Source: a virus
Lineage: Duplodnaviria; Caudoviricetes
DNA length: 26,602 nucleotides
Virus record (IMG/VR): IMGVR_UViG_3300032227_001068
Location: 1 to 26,602 of that record
Reading direction: 5' to 3' (one strand)
Part shown: one piece after another, positions 8,783 to 16,777 of the stretch
How the letters are laid out: each line of letters begins with the position of its first letter
Numbering within the stretch: position 1 is the first letter of the stretch
The notes under the pieces: model-generated
What the model was told of the DNA's origin: nothing
Database searches by the model: none
The model's input: only the letters and a program-made list of their open reading frames with translations
Made by a program: the position numbers and the translations under genes

Positions 8783-9066
8783 AGGGCGATGAGTTCCGCA
8801 CCCGCATTGCCGGGCGTGTTTGGCGTGTGCGCTTCGAACCCGCACGCGTGATGGGAACCGATTGGGGCCGCTGCTGGCTACCTGCGGGCCGCCATCCGCT
8901 AATTCAGGTGCGGCGCGCCCTGCGCGGCCAGCGGGCGCTAGATGTGCTGGTGCATGAGTGCCTACACGCTGCACGGCCGGAGCTGGATGAGGCGGCCGTA
9001 GAGGCCACGGCGAGCGCCATAGCGCGCGCCCTGTGGCGCGCCCGGTATCGCAAGGTGGACGCGTGA
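8779..9066 (+). CDS. Small HExxH zincin-like protein
   Basis: WGRC...LDVLVHECLHA...E; GTGA overlaps at both ends. Confidence 0.7.
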   Translation: MKGDEFRTRIAGRVWRVRFEPARVMGTDWGRCWLPAGRHPLIQVRRALRGQRALDVLVHECLHAARPELDEAAVEATASAIARALWRARYRKVDA

Positions 9067-9413
9067 CCAAGCCCCGCCGCTTCCCGCCCCGCCTGCGGAT
9101 CAACGCGGGCAAGGCAGCCCCCCGCGCCTGGGTGGATGCCCAGCAACGCCACGATGAAAAGCGCGGCACGGCCAGCCAGCGTGGCTATGGCGCGGCGTGG
9201 CGCAAGCTGCGGCTGGTGATACTGAATGCTGAACCGCTGTGCCGCCATTGCCTGGCGCGGGGTGTGCCTGTGCCTGCGGTGGAGGTTGACCACATCCTGC
9301 CCTTGCGCGATGGCGGGGACAACGCGCGCGCGAACCTGCAAGGATTGTGCGGGCCTTGCCATGATCGGAAGACCATGCGCGACCTGATCGCTCGCAAGGC
9401 GAACAATCAATAG
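9063..9413 (+). CDS. HNH endonuclease (terminase-associated, HK97 gp74-like)
   Basis: RGYGAAW, PLCRHC, VDHILP, NLQGLCGPCHDRKT; immediately before terS. Confidence 0.92.
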   Translation: MTKPRRFPPRLRINAGKAAPRAWVDAQQRHDEKRGTASQRGYGAAWRKLRLVILNAEPLCRHCLARGVPVPAVEVDHILPLRDGGDNARANLQGLCGPCHDRKTMRDLIARKANNQ

Positions 9414-9592
9414 GCCATTTTTGCGCTAAAAACGGGGGGGAGGGTCGGATTTGAGCGATAGGCGAGGTAGGACCAATGTTGGGACCGCGTTGCACGCGGC
9501 TAACAATCCCACGAATGACCCTAAAACGGCCCTAGGATGCTTCAGGATCGATCCGAACCGCGAAAACGGTATCAGATACGGACGAAAACGCA
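9414..9592. promoter_or_regulatory. Probable cos/packaging initiation region
   Basis: Non-coding gap between HNH and terS, G-run GGGGGGGAGGGTC, four AAAACG direct repeats. Confidence 0.55.
9418..9440 (-). repeat. Copy 2 of the 23-bp inverted repeat (partner 31-53)
   Basis: TTTTTGCGCTAAAAACGGGGGGG. Confidence 0.85.
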
Positions 9593-10063
9593 ATGCCCCC
9601 TAGGCGAACCCCTACCCCCACATTGAAATTGCGCAATTCTGTGCTTTTGCCCGAGCGGCTGACCGAGCCGGATGGCAACACCGATGGCCCAGCCACCCTG
9701 TTTAGCCAGGTGATGGCGTGCCAAATTGCGCGCCGCTACTTCGACCGGCTGGTCGATGACCTTCGCGGGCTTGGGCTGTATGCATCCGAGGACTATGTAA
9801 GCCACAACCACTACGCGTTAGCCGCTGCGGAGTGGGAGAAAGCGCAGGCGCTGATTGAGTCCGAGGGCATGACCATCGTGACCCCACAAGGGAAAATCCT
9901 CAATCCGGCGCTGAAGGTGCGTGACAATGCGCGCGCCGAGGTTGCGCGGCTGTGCCGCGAGTTCGGGCTATCCCCCGCCAGCCGCGTGGGCCTGCAATCA
10001 TCAAAGAAAAAGGGCAATGCCGCGAGCGCCATTGAAAGCATCCTCAAAGCGAAGACCGCCTAA
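9593..10063 (+). CDS. terS: Terminase small subunit, P27 family
   Basis: NPALKV...LCREFGLSPASR signature. Confidence 0.9.
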   Translation: MPPRRTPTPTLKLRNSVLLPERLTEPDGNTDGPATLFSQVMACQIARRYFDRLVDDLRGLGLYASEDYVSHNHYALAAAEWEKAQALIESEGMTIVTPQGKILNPALKVRDNARAEVARLCREFGLSPASRVGLQSSKKKGNAASAIESILKAKTA

Positions 10064-11657
10064 AGCCGCAACCATTGCGGGTTTCAGCGCGGCCAAGACT
10101 GCGAGCAAGGGAGATTGGTTCGATGAACGCGAATGGGAACGCATCCGCGCATTCTTTGGCGCGCTGACGCATCAGAAAGGCACCTTCGCTGGCCAACCGT
10201 TTGCCCTGTTGCCCTGGCAGGAAGACTTCCTAGCCACCTTGTTGTGCTGGAAGCGCGCCGATGGGCGGCGCAGGTTCACCACCTGCTATGCGGAAATACC
10301 ACGCAAAAATGGGAAAACGACATTGATGAGCGCGGTGTGTCTGTGGATGCTGCTGTGTGATTCTGAACCGGGCGCAGAGGTTTACTGCTGCGCCTCGAGC
10401 CGCGACCAAGCCGCGGTGTGCGGTGATAGCGCGCGGCAGATGATTCAGGCGAACGCAACGCTAGCGGGCTTAGTGGATGTGTTTCGAAACACGATCACCT
10501 ACGGGAACAGCAAGCTTGAGATTCTGTCGAGCGATTCAGGAACCAAGCATGGCAAGAATCCAAGTTGCATCGTGTTCGATGAGTTGCACACTTACGATGC
10601 GAACGGGCGCGACCTGTATGACGCGATGGTGAGCGGCCAAGGTGCGCGCAGCCAACCGCTGAACCTGTCCATCACCACCGCGGGTTCGGATCGGAACAGC
10701 CTGTGCTTTGAGTTGCACCAATACGCGGAGAAGGTGCGCGACGGGTTGGTGCAGGATTCCAAGTTCCTGCCCGTGCTGTTCGGCGCGCCGGTGGACGCGG
10801 ATTGGACAAGCCCGAAGGTGTGGAAGCAAGCGAACCCCAGCCTGGGCGTAACGATCAGCGAAGAGTTCCTAGCGACCGAGTGCGCGAAGGCGAAGGAACT
10901 ACCCGCCTACCAAAACACCTTCCGCACTTTGTACCTGAACCAATGGGTAGAGAGCAAGCGCGCGTGGATCGGGTTTGAGACTTGGGCCGCGTGCGCGGCC
11001 AAGGGAATCACCGAGGAAGCGTTAGCCGGGCGTGAGTGCTGGGCCGGGCTTGACCTGTCCACCACCACAGACCTCACGAGCCTTTCGCTGGTGTTCCCTT
11101 CGGATGATGGGTTCATGGATGTGCTGTCCTACTCATGGTGCCCGGAGGAAGGCATCAAGCGCCGCAGCCGGTTGGATCGCGCGCCGTATCAAGTGTGGGC
11201 CGATCAAGGGTGGTTGCGGCCCACGCCAGGCGCGGTGGTGGACTATGACCATGTGGCCGAGTTCATCCGGCAACTGTGCAAGCGGTTTGATGTGAAGCGC
11301 GTTGCATTCGATCCGTGGGGTGCAACGCAACTAGCAACCGGGCTGTTGCGCGAAGGTGTTCCGATGATTGAAGTGCGTCAAGGCTTCCGGTCACTTTCGG
11401 AACCGTCGAAGAAACTGGAAGCCTTGGTTCTATCCAAAAAACTGCGCCATCCGGATAACCCGCTGCTAAATTGGGCTGTAAGTAACACCGTCATTGATCA
11501 AGACCCAGCCGGGAACATCAAGGCGAGCAAGGAAGCATCCACCGAACGAATCGATCCGGTGGCGGCGCTTATTAGCGCGCTAGCGGGTTGGATGTTTCAG
11601 GGTGAGGAACACATGGGGCCGAGCGTCTACGAAACCAAGGGAATCGAATGGCTCTAA
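10017..11657 (+). CDS. terL: Terminase large subunit
   Basis: LLPWQ, IPRKNGKT (Walker A), FDELH (Walker B), GLDLSTTTDLT, ERIDPVAA; start at ATG 10017 inferred. Confidence 0.95.
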   Translation: MPRAPLKASSKRRPPKAATIAGFSAAKTASKGDWFDEREWERIRAFFGALTHQKGTFAGQPFALLPWQEDFLATLLCWKRADGRRRFTTCYAEIPRKNGKTTLMSAVCLWMLLCDSEPGAEVYCCASSRDQAAVCGDSARQMIQANATLAGLVDVFRNTITYGNSKLEILSSDSGTKHGKNPSCIVFDELHTYDANGRDLYDAMVSGQGARSQPLNLSITTAGSDRNSLCFELHQYAEKVRDGLVQDSKFLPVLFGAPVDADWTSPKVWKQANPSLGVTISEEFLATECAKAKELPAYQNTFRTLYLNQWVESKRAWIGFETWAACAAKGITEEALAGRECWAGLDLSTTTDLTSLSLVFPSDDGFMDVLSYSWCPEEGIKRRSRLDRAPYQVWADQGWLRPTPGAVVDYDHVAEFIRQLCKRFDVKRVAFDPWGATQLATGLLREGVPMIEVRQGFRSLSEPSKKLEALVLSKKLRHPDNPLLNWAVSNTVIDQDPAGNIKASKEASTERIDPVAALISALAGWMFQGEEHMGPSVYETKGIEWL

Positions 11658-13417
11658 TCGACATCCTTCGCAGGTACTTGGGGCCACAGCCGCCGCGCAG
11701 CGAGTACGAAGACAACACACCCATTGGGCAACCTGTTTCGGGTGCGGTGCAGTCCTATGTGTCTTCCTATTCGTTCACCGGGTCGAACATCAACCCGCTC
11801 ACCGCGATGGAATCGCCGAGCGTGTACGCGTGCGTTCGCCTGATCGCGTCGAGCATTGCGAAGCTTGAGTGGCAGATTCTGCGCGAGACTCCGGAAGGCA
11901 AGGTGGTTGAACCTAACCACCCGCTGGCGAACCTGCTGAATGTGGAGCCGAATGAGGACACCAGCGCGCTGGTGTTCCGTGAAACGCTTCTCACTAATGC
12001 GCTGCTGACCGGCAACGGCTACGCGTACATCCAGCGCGATGCATCCGGTTTGCCTGTTTCGCTTGAACTGCTGCGCCCGGACAATGTGCAGATGATGCGC
12101 GACGGTGCGAACCAGCCCTACATCCAGGTTTACACGGGCAACTACACCGGCAAGGATGCAGAGAAAAAGGCACGCCGCTTCCGCCCCTACGATGTGTTTC
12201 ACCTGTGCGGCGCATCATTTGAGGGGCTGCTGGGCATCGCTCCGATCCACCTGATGCGCGAAACCATCGGGCTGGAACTGATCGTGCAGGAGTTCGTTAC
12301 CAAGTACTGGGCCAACAATGCCGTGCCTTCGGGCACGCTGTCCCTGCCCGGCAAACTGTCCCCCGAGGCATCGCAGCGGCTGCGCGAAGCCTGGCAGAAG
12401 GCCCACAACGCTCGCAACGCGGGCCGCGTGGCGGTGCTTGAGGATGGAATGTCGTACCAGCCGATGGCATCGACGATGAAGGATGCCGATTTGGTAGCCA
12501 TCCGCGAGTTCTGCCGCCAGCAGATCGCGGCGGCGTTCGGCGTTCCCGCGGCGCGCATTGGCTCCACCGAGGCGCAGAGTTACGCGAGCGCCGAGAGCGG
12601 TGATGCCCACCTAGTGAAGCACACCCTTTCAAGCTGGGCCACGCGCCTTGAGCAAGAGGCCAGCCGCAAACTGATCGTGCGAGGCGCGCCATATTGCACA
12701 CGGATTTCATTTGATTCGATGCTCCGCGCAGAGATGGCGGTGCGGTTCAGCGCCTACAACACGGCGATCATGTCCGGGCTGATGAGCCCGAACGAATGCC
12801 GCGCGCGGGAAGGTTTGCCAGCGGTTGCAGGCGGCGAGTCCATCCGCCTGCCGCTCAACACGGCCGCGCCGGAGCCCGCCGCCGGTGGCGTGCCCCCGGC
12901 CGAGCCTGTGTCCTCGCCAGCCGAGGAAGTGCCCGCGAGCGTTGACCTAGCACCCGATGAAGTGCCCAATAGCGTGGATGTTGATCCGGCCGAAGACGAG
13001 GCGGGAGACAACGCGAAAAAGTTGATCGCCATCCGCGCCGCGGTGGATGCGGTGCGCCCCGCCATCGAAAACGCGTATGGCCGCCACCTGCACCGGGTTT
13101 CCGAATACCTGTTGAAGACGCGCACCCAGGCGAAGCTGGATAAGTGGGCACCGCCCATCGATTGCATCGCTGGTGACCTGCGAGACACCATCACCGGGCT
13201 GGGCCGCATCATGGGCGATGAGGGCAAGGCATCCGATGTGCTGAACGCGGCGTTGCTGCGCCACGCTCGCCACCTGCGCGGCGCTGTCGGGAAAATCGCG
13301 GCGCTGTCGGACACGGTTGATGGCTGGAAGCCGCTGCCGAATGTGGCCACCACCGAACTGCTCGAGATGCTCGAGCATGAAATCTTGCAAACGCCACTAC
13401 TGGAGGGAAAGCCATGA
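11648..13417 (+). CDS. HK97-family portal protein with C-terminal extension
   Basis: VYACVRLIASSIA, LLTGNGY, IAAAFGVP, MSPNECRAREGLP; about 180 extra residues. Confidence 0.93.
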   Translation: MALIDILRRYLGPQPPRSEYEDNTPIGQPVSGAVQSYVSSYSFTGSNINPLTAMESPSVYACVRLIASSIAKLEWQILRETPEGKVVEPNHPLANLLNVEPNEDTSALVFRETLLTNALLTGNGYAYIQRDASGLPVSLELLRPDNVQMMRDGANQPYIQVYTGNYTGKDAEKKARRFRPYDVFHLCGASFEGLLGIAPIHLMRETIGLELIVQEFVTKYWANNAVPSGTLSLPGKLSPEASQRLREAWQKAHNARNAGRVAVLEDGMSYQPMASTMKDADLVAIREFCRQQIAAAFGVPAARIGSTEAQSYASAESGDAHLVKHTLSSWATRLEQEASRKLIVRGAPYCTRISFDSMLRAEMAVRFSAYNTAIMSGLMSPNECRAREGLPAVAGGESIRLPLNTAAPEPAAGGVPPAEPVSSPAEEVPASVDLAPDEVPNSVDVDPAEDEAGDNAKKLIAIRAAVDAVRPAIENAYGRHLHRVSEYLLKTRTQAKLDKWAPPIDCIAGDLRDTITGLGRIMGDEGKASDVLNAALLRHARHLRGAVGKIAALSDTVDGWKPLPNVATTELLEMLEHEILQTPLLEGKP

Positions 13418-13932
13418 CCGAAACACGCGCTAGCGGTACCGTCAAACCTTCAACAGATTTGAAGATTCGTGGCTATGCGGTGACATGGGAGCCGTACACG
13501 ATGGGCCCCGATTCATGGGAGCGCATCGACCGATCCGCATTCGATGCGGCGCTGGAGTCCCCCGAGGATGTGGCTTTGCTTTGGAACCATGACACCAGCA
13601 AGCCGATGGCCCGCGTGCGCGCGGGGAACCTGCGAATCTTCACCGACGAGGTGGGGCTTGGTTTTGAGGCCACGCTTCCTGACACGGCCGTGAGCCGTGA
13701 CGCGGTTTCCCTGATCCGTTCCGGCGTGGTGAGCCAATGCAGTTTCGGGTTCCATGTGCGCGGCGAGCGGTACGAAAAGGCACCCGATGGGAAGCCGCTG
13801 CGCGTCATCACCGACGCGAACTTGGTGGAAATTAGCGCGGTAACATTCCCTGCGAACCCTTCCACCAGCGTGGAGGCGCGCAACGCACAGCCCACCGCGC
13901 GCAAGCGTTACTACCTGCCACCCGAGATGTAA
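13414..13932 (+). CDS. HK97-family prohead protease
   Basis: GYA, LLWNHD, SFGF, LVEISAVTFPANPST. Confidence 0.93.
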   Translation: MTETRASGTVKPSTDLKIRGYAVTWEPYTMGPDSWERIDRSAFDAALESPEDVALLWNHDTSKPMARVRAGNLRIFTDEVGLGFEATLPDTAVSRDAVSLIRSGVVSQCSFGFHVRGERYEKAPDGKPLRVITDANLVEISAVTFPANPSTSVEARNAQPTARKRYYLPPEM

Positions 13933-13936
13933 TCGG

Positions 13937-13964
13937 TTGCAATTCACCTGCGCGCCCTGATAAT
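13937..13964 (+). promoter_or_regulatory. Putative sigma70-type promoter
   Basis: TTGCAA (13937-13942), 16 nt spacer, GATAAT (13959-13964); the -10 lies in the loop of GCGCCC/GGGCGC. Confidence 0.5.
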
Positions 13965-13970
13965 GGGCGC

Positions 13971-14116
13971 AACTGAATACGGCCGCGCGCGTCCTAGTGA
14001 TGCGCCGCCACCTGTAACGGTTTCCGTTCCGCCCTCGTGGCGAACTGACCACGCGATTTCTCACCGAATCCGCGAGGCTGTGCGCCATGCGCCCCTCGCT
14101 TTTTGAGGGTTGAACT
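13971..14116 (+). promoter_or_regulatory. Structured 5' leader of capsid gene 1
   Basis: Multiple hairpins; CCCTC (14093-14097) complementary to RBS GAGGG (14105-14109). Confidence 0.5.
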
Positions 14117-15133
14117 ATGGGCGAAACCAAGATCACGCGCGACTCCGATCAATACAGCGATATCTACCGCACCTTCCTGCGCCGCGGCGCGCGCGGGCTC
14201 ACCGATGTGGAGGCGCGCGCGCTGACGATCAGCAGCGGCGGCACCGCGCTGGCCCCGACCGCCTGGTCGAAGTACATCGATACGGAGATCGCCGAAGACG
14301 CAATCCTGTCGCGCGTTCAGAAGATCGAAACCCCCACCGCTTTCAATCTTCCGATCTACGCCGAGGATGCGACGGTGAACACCAATGTGGCCGAGTCCGC
14401 ATTGGGTACCCAGTCTTCCCCCACCTTCGCCAAGCCTGTGCAGGGCAGCACCTCCGGCACCAGCGGCACCTACTACACCTTCGCGCAGAAGAAGGTAACC
14501 GCGTGGGTAAAGGTTTCCAACGAACTGCTGAACGATTCGAAGGGCGCGCAGGATGTGGAAGAGTTCCTGCGCCGCGCGCTGGTCGATGGGCTGATCGGCG
14601 AGGTGGGCCGCCAAATCCTGATCGGAAACGGCACCAGCGAATGCCAGGGCAGTTTCAACAGCGCGAAGGGTTACAGCCGCACGGCATCCACCGGCGTGGC
14701 CACCACCAACACCATGAAAGATGTGATTTCCGCGGTGTGGGGTTCTACCGCTAGCGCCCTGTCCCCGCTTCCGTATGAATCGTGGATCAACAGCGTAGCC
14801 GTGATCAACAGCCGGTTGATGGCATCGTTCGATCCAACTTTTTTCCCGGTGCTGTTCCCAAGCTTCCGCGGAACGATGGTCAATGGAACCACGGTTGAAG
14901 GCTTGCCCACCGTCTACCACCGCTTGAGCACAGGTACCCCGGCCACCGGTGACACGCTGGTGCATTTCTTCAACCCTGCGCAATACCTGCTGGCCCATTC
15001 GTTCGGCGCGTTCAGCGTCGCGCGGTACAGCGAAGCGGCAGCCGATACGAACGAAACCATTTTCGTGGCTTCGATCCGTTGCGATGGATCGATCACCAAC
15101 AAGTTTGCTGTTCTGAATGTCAACCGCGCCTAG
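14117..15133 (+). CDS. HK97-fold major capsid protein paralogue 1 (short propeptide)
   Basis: KKVTAWVKVSNELLNDS...ILIGNGTSECQG, VEGLP, RCDG motifs typical of HK97 MCP. Confidence 0.85.
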   Translation: MGETKITRDSDQYSDIYRTFLRRGARGLTDVEARALTISSGGTALAPTAWSKYIDTEIAEDAILSRVQKIETPTAFNLPIYAEDATVNTNVAESALGTQSSPTFAKPVQGSTSGTSGTYYTFAQKKVTAWVKVSNELLNDSKGAQDVEEFLRRALVDGLIGEVGRQILIGNGTSECQGSFNSAKGYSRTASTGVATTNTMKDVISAVWGSTASALSPLPYESWINSVAVINSRLMASFDPTFFPVLFPSFRGTMVNGTTVEGLPTVYHRLSTGTPATGDTLVHFFNPAQYLLAHSFGAFSVARYSEAAADTNETIFVASIRCDGSITNKFAVLNVNRA

Positions 15134-15151
15134 TGCGCGTTTCAAATCTTT

Positions 15152-15214
15152 GGGCATTCGCACACCGCCGCGAATGTCCCTGCGGGCCGCGTTGGCCCGA
15201 GCGACACGCGGCGG
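15152..15214 (+). promoter_or_regulatory. Structured leader of capsid gene 2 (possible pseudoknot)
   Basis: 10-bp stem 15152-15161/15170-15179; loop CCGCC complementary to GGCGG 15210-15214; GGGCC/GGCCC hairpin between. Confidence 0.45.
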
Positions 15215-15236
15215 GAATCTAGGAAGGAAACCGAGT

Positions 15237-16526
15237 ATGCCAGTCCCCAGTTCATACAAGGCGCTCATCGAGAAGATGGGTGCGCTCTATCAGGAAATGC
15301 AGTCGATGGTTGATGGTGCCAATGCCAACGGCGAGGGCATGGCCCCCGAGATGGAGGCGAAGTACACCGCCCTGAAGACCCAGTACGCCAACCTGCGAAA
15401 GCAGCGTGAGCGCAACGAAGAGGTGATGGCGATGGATAACGGCCAGCAGGCCGTGTTTAGCGACATCCCCGCCGCCCCCGAGGTTCGCAGCGCCCAGCGC
15501 GCCGAGCGCGCCGCGAAGGTTGGCGAGCGCCGCGAAACCGACGAGTACCGCGACGCGTTCCACAACTACCTCCGCAACGGCGAACACACCGCACCCGCGG
15601 AGCTTCGCGCGCTGACCGAGGCCAGCGGTGGCACCGTGATTCCTCCCACCGAGTTCGACAACCAGCTCGTGGCCAAGCTTCAGACCATGACGAGCGTTCG
15701 CAACCTGGCGCGCAAGCTCTCGCTGGGTTCGTTCGCGCGCGAAGTGGCTTTCGAAAACGCCACGGGTGCCGCGTACTGGGTTGGTGAGTCCACCGCCCCC
15801 ACCGAGGCTGCGCCCACCTTCTCCAAGATCACGCTTACCCCGAAGCGCCTTTCGGCCCTTCTGCGCGTGTCGAACGAACTGGTGGCCGATGCCGATGCCC
15901 GCGGCGGCAACATGTCGATTTCTTCCATCGTCACCGAGCAGATGGCGCGCGTGTTCGCACAGACCGAGGAAACGGCGCTGCTGGCCGCTTCCAATGTTTC
16001 CGGCGCTCCTGTTTCGCTGCTGAATGATGCTTCCCTCACCAGCACCAATACCGGCTCTTTCACGGCGTTCACGGCGGAGAAGGTGATCGACTGGATTTAC
16101 AGCCTGCCCCGCCAGTACCGCCAGCACCCCAGCTGCGCGATCATCGTGAACGATTCCACCTTGGGTTACCTCCGCAAGCTGGGCGGCGTTACTGGTTCCA
16201 CCAATGTCACCAACTACTTTTGGGAGAACGGCTACACCAAGGGCGGCAGCGGCCAGGCTCCGGAGCCGGATCGCATCCTCGGAATCCCGGTGTACACCAG
16301 CGCGGCCATTTCGGCGCTTCCGACGAGCGGCACCACCGCTACCAAAATCGGCATCATCGGCGCGTGGGACTACTGCTACTTCGGCACCACGGGCAACTAC
16401 GAACTGAAGGTTCTGCGCGAGCGTTACGCGGACACGAATGAGACGGGCTACATCGCAAACATGCGTATGGATTGCCAGCTCTCGCTCCCCGCCCTGGCGT
16501 TCAAGGCTTTCAACGCCAGCACCTGA
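15237..16526 (+). CDS. HK97-fold major capsid protein paralogue 2 (full delta/scaffold domain)
   Basis: AGGAAGG RBS; coiled-coil N-terminus; AYWVGE, ITLTPKRLSALLRVSNELVAD, RILGIPV. Confidence 0.93.
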   Translation: MPVPSSYKALIEKMGALYQEMQSMVDGANANGEGMAPEMEAKYTALKTQYANLRKQRERNEEVMAMDNGQQAVFSDIPAAPEVRSAQRAERAAKVGERRETDEYRDAFHNYLRNGEHTAPAELRALTEASGGTVIPPTEFDNQLVAKLQTMTSVRNLARKLSLGSFAREVAFENATGAAYWVGESTAPTEAAPTFSKITLTPKRLSALLRVSNELVADADARGGNMSISSIVTEQMARVFAQTEETALLAASNVSGAPVSLLNDASLTSTNTGSFTAFTAEKVIDWIYSLPRQYRQHPSCAIIVNDSTLGYLRKLGGVTGSTNVTNYFWENGYTKGGSGQAPEPDRILGIPVYTSAAISALPTSGTTATKIGIIGAWDYCYFGTTGNYELKVLRERYADTNETGYIANMRMDCQLSLPALAFKAFNAST

Positions 16527-16546
16527 TACTTCGCCTGACACCCACA

Positions 16547-16574
16547 CCGGCGGGGGCCGAAAGGCCCTCGCCGG
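16547..16574 (+). terminator. Strong hairpin after capsid gene 2
   Basis: CCGGCGGGGGCC-GAAA-GGCCCTCGCCGG followed by ATTTCCTT. Confidence 0.65.
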
Positions 16575-16585
16575 ATTTCCTTACC

Positions 16586-16777
16586 ATGACAATGGTTCAA
16601 GTTCAATTCCTCAAAGCCGTGGCCAGCGCAAAGGGCGTTTGGGGGCCGGGCGAGGTGGCTACGGTCGATCCGGATACCGCGCAGCAATGGTGCGTGGCAG
16701 GCATTGCGGAACGCGTCCACGCGGTTCCTGCTGCGCCTAGCGAGGCACCAAAGCAGAAAGGCCAGGGCAAGCGATGA
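16586..16777 (+). CDS. Small head-associated protein
   Basis: MTMVQVQFLKAV...GPGEVATVD...GIAE, typical of small genes directly following HK97 MCPs. Confidence 0.65.
   Translation: MTMVQVQFLKAVASAKGVWGPGEVATVDPDTAQQWCVAGIAERVHAVPAAPSEAPKQKGQGKR

Noticed and set aside
13980-14052. HDV-like ribozyme suggested by TCCTAG loop and GGCGAA
   Set aside because: The nested double pseudoknot could not be completed by eye.
15117-15236. Longer start or fusion for capsid gene 2
   Set aside because: Strong RBS precedes ATG 15237, the extension looks non-coding, and no slippery site joins the two capsid frames.
15252-16547. 431-aa minus-strand ORF and other long antisense ORFs
   Set aside because: Shadows of GC-rich, codon-biased + strand genes; no motifs.
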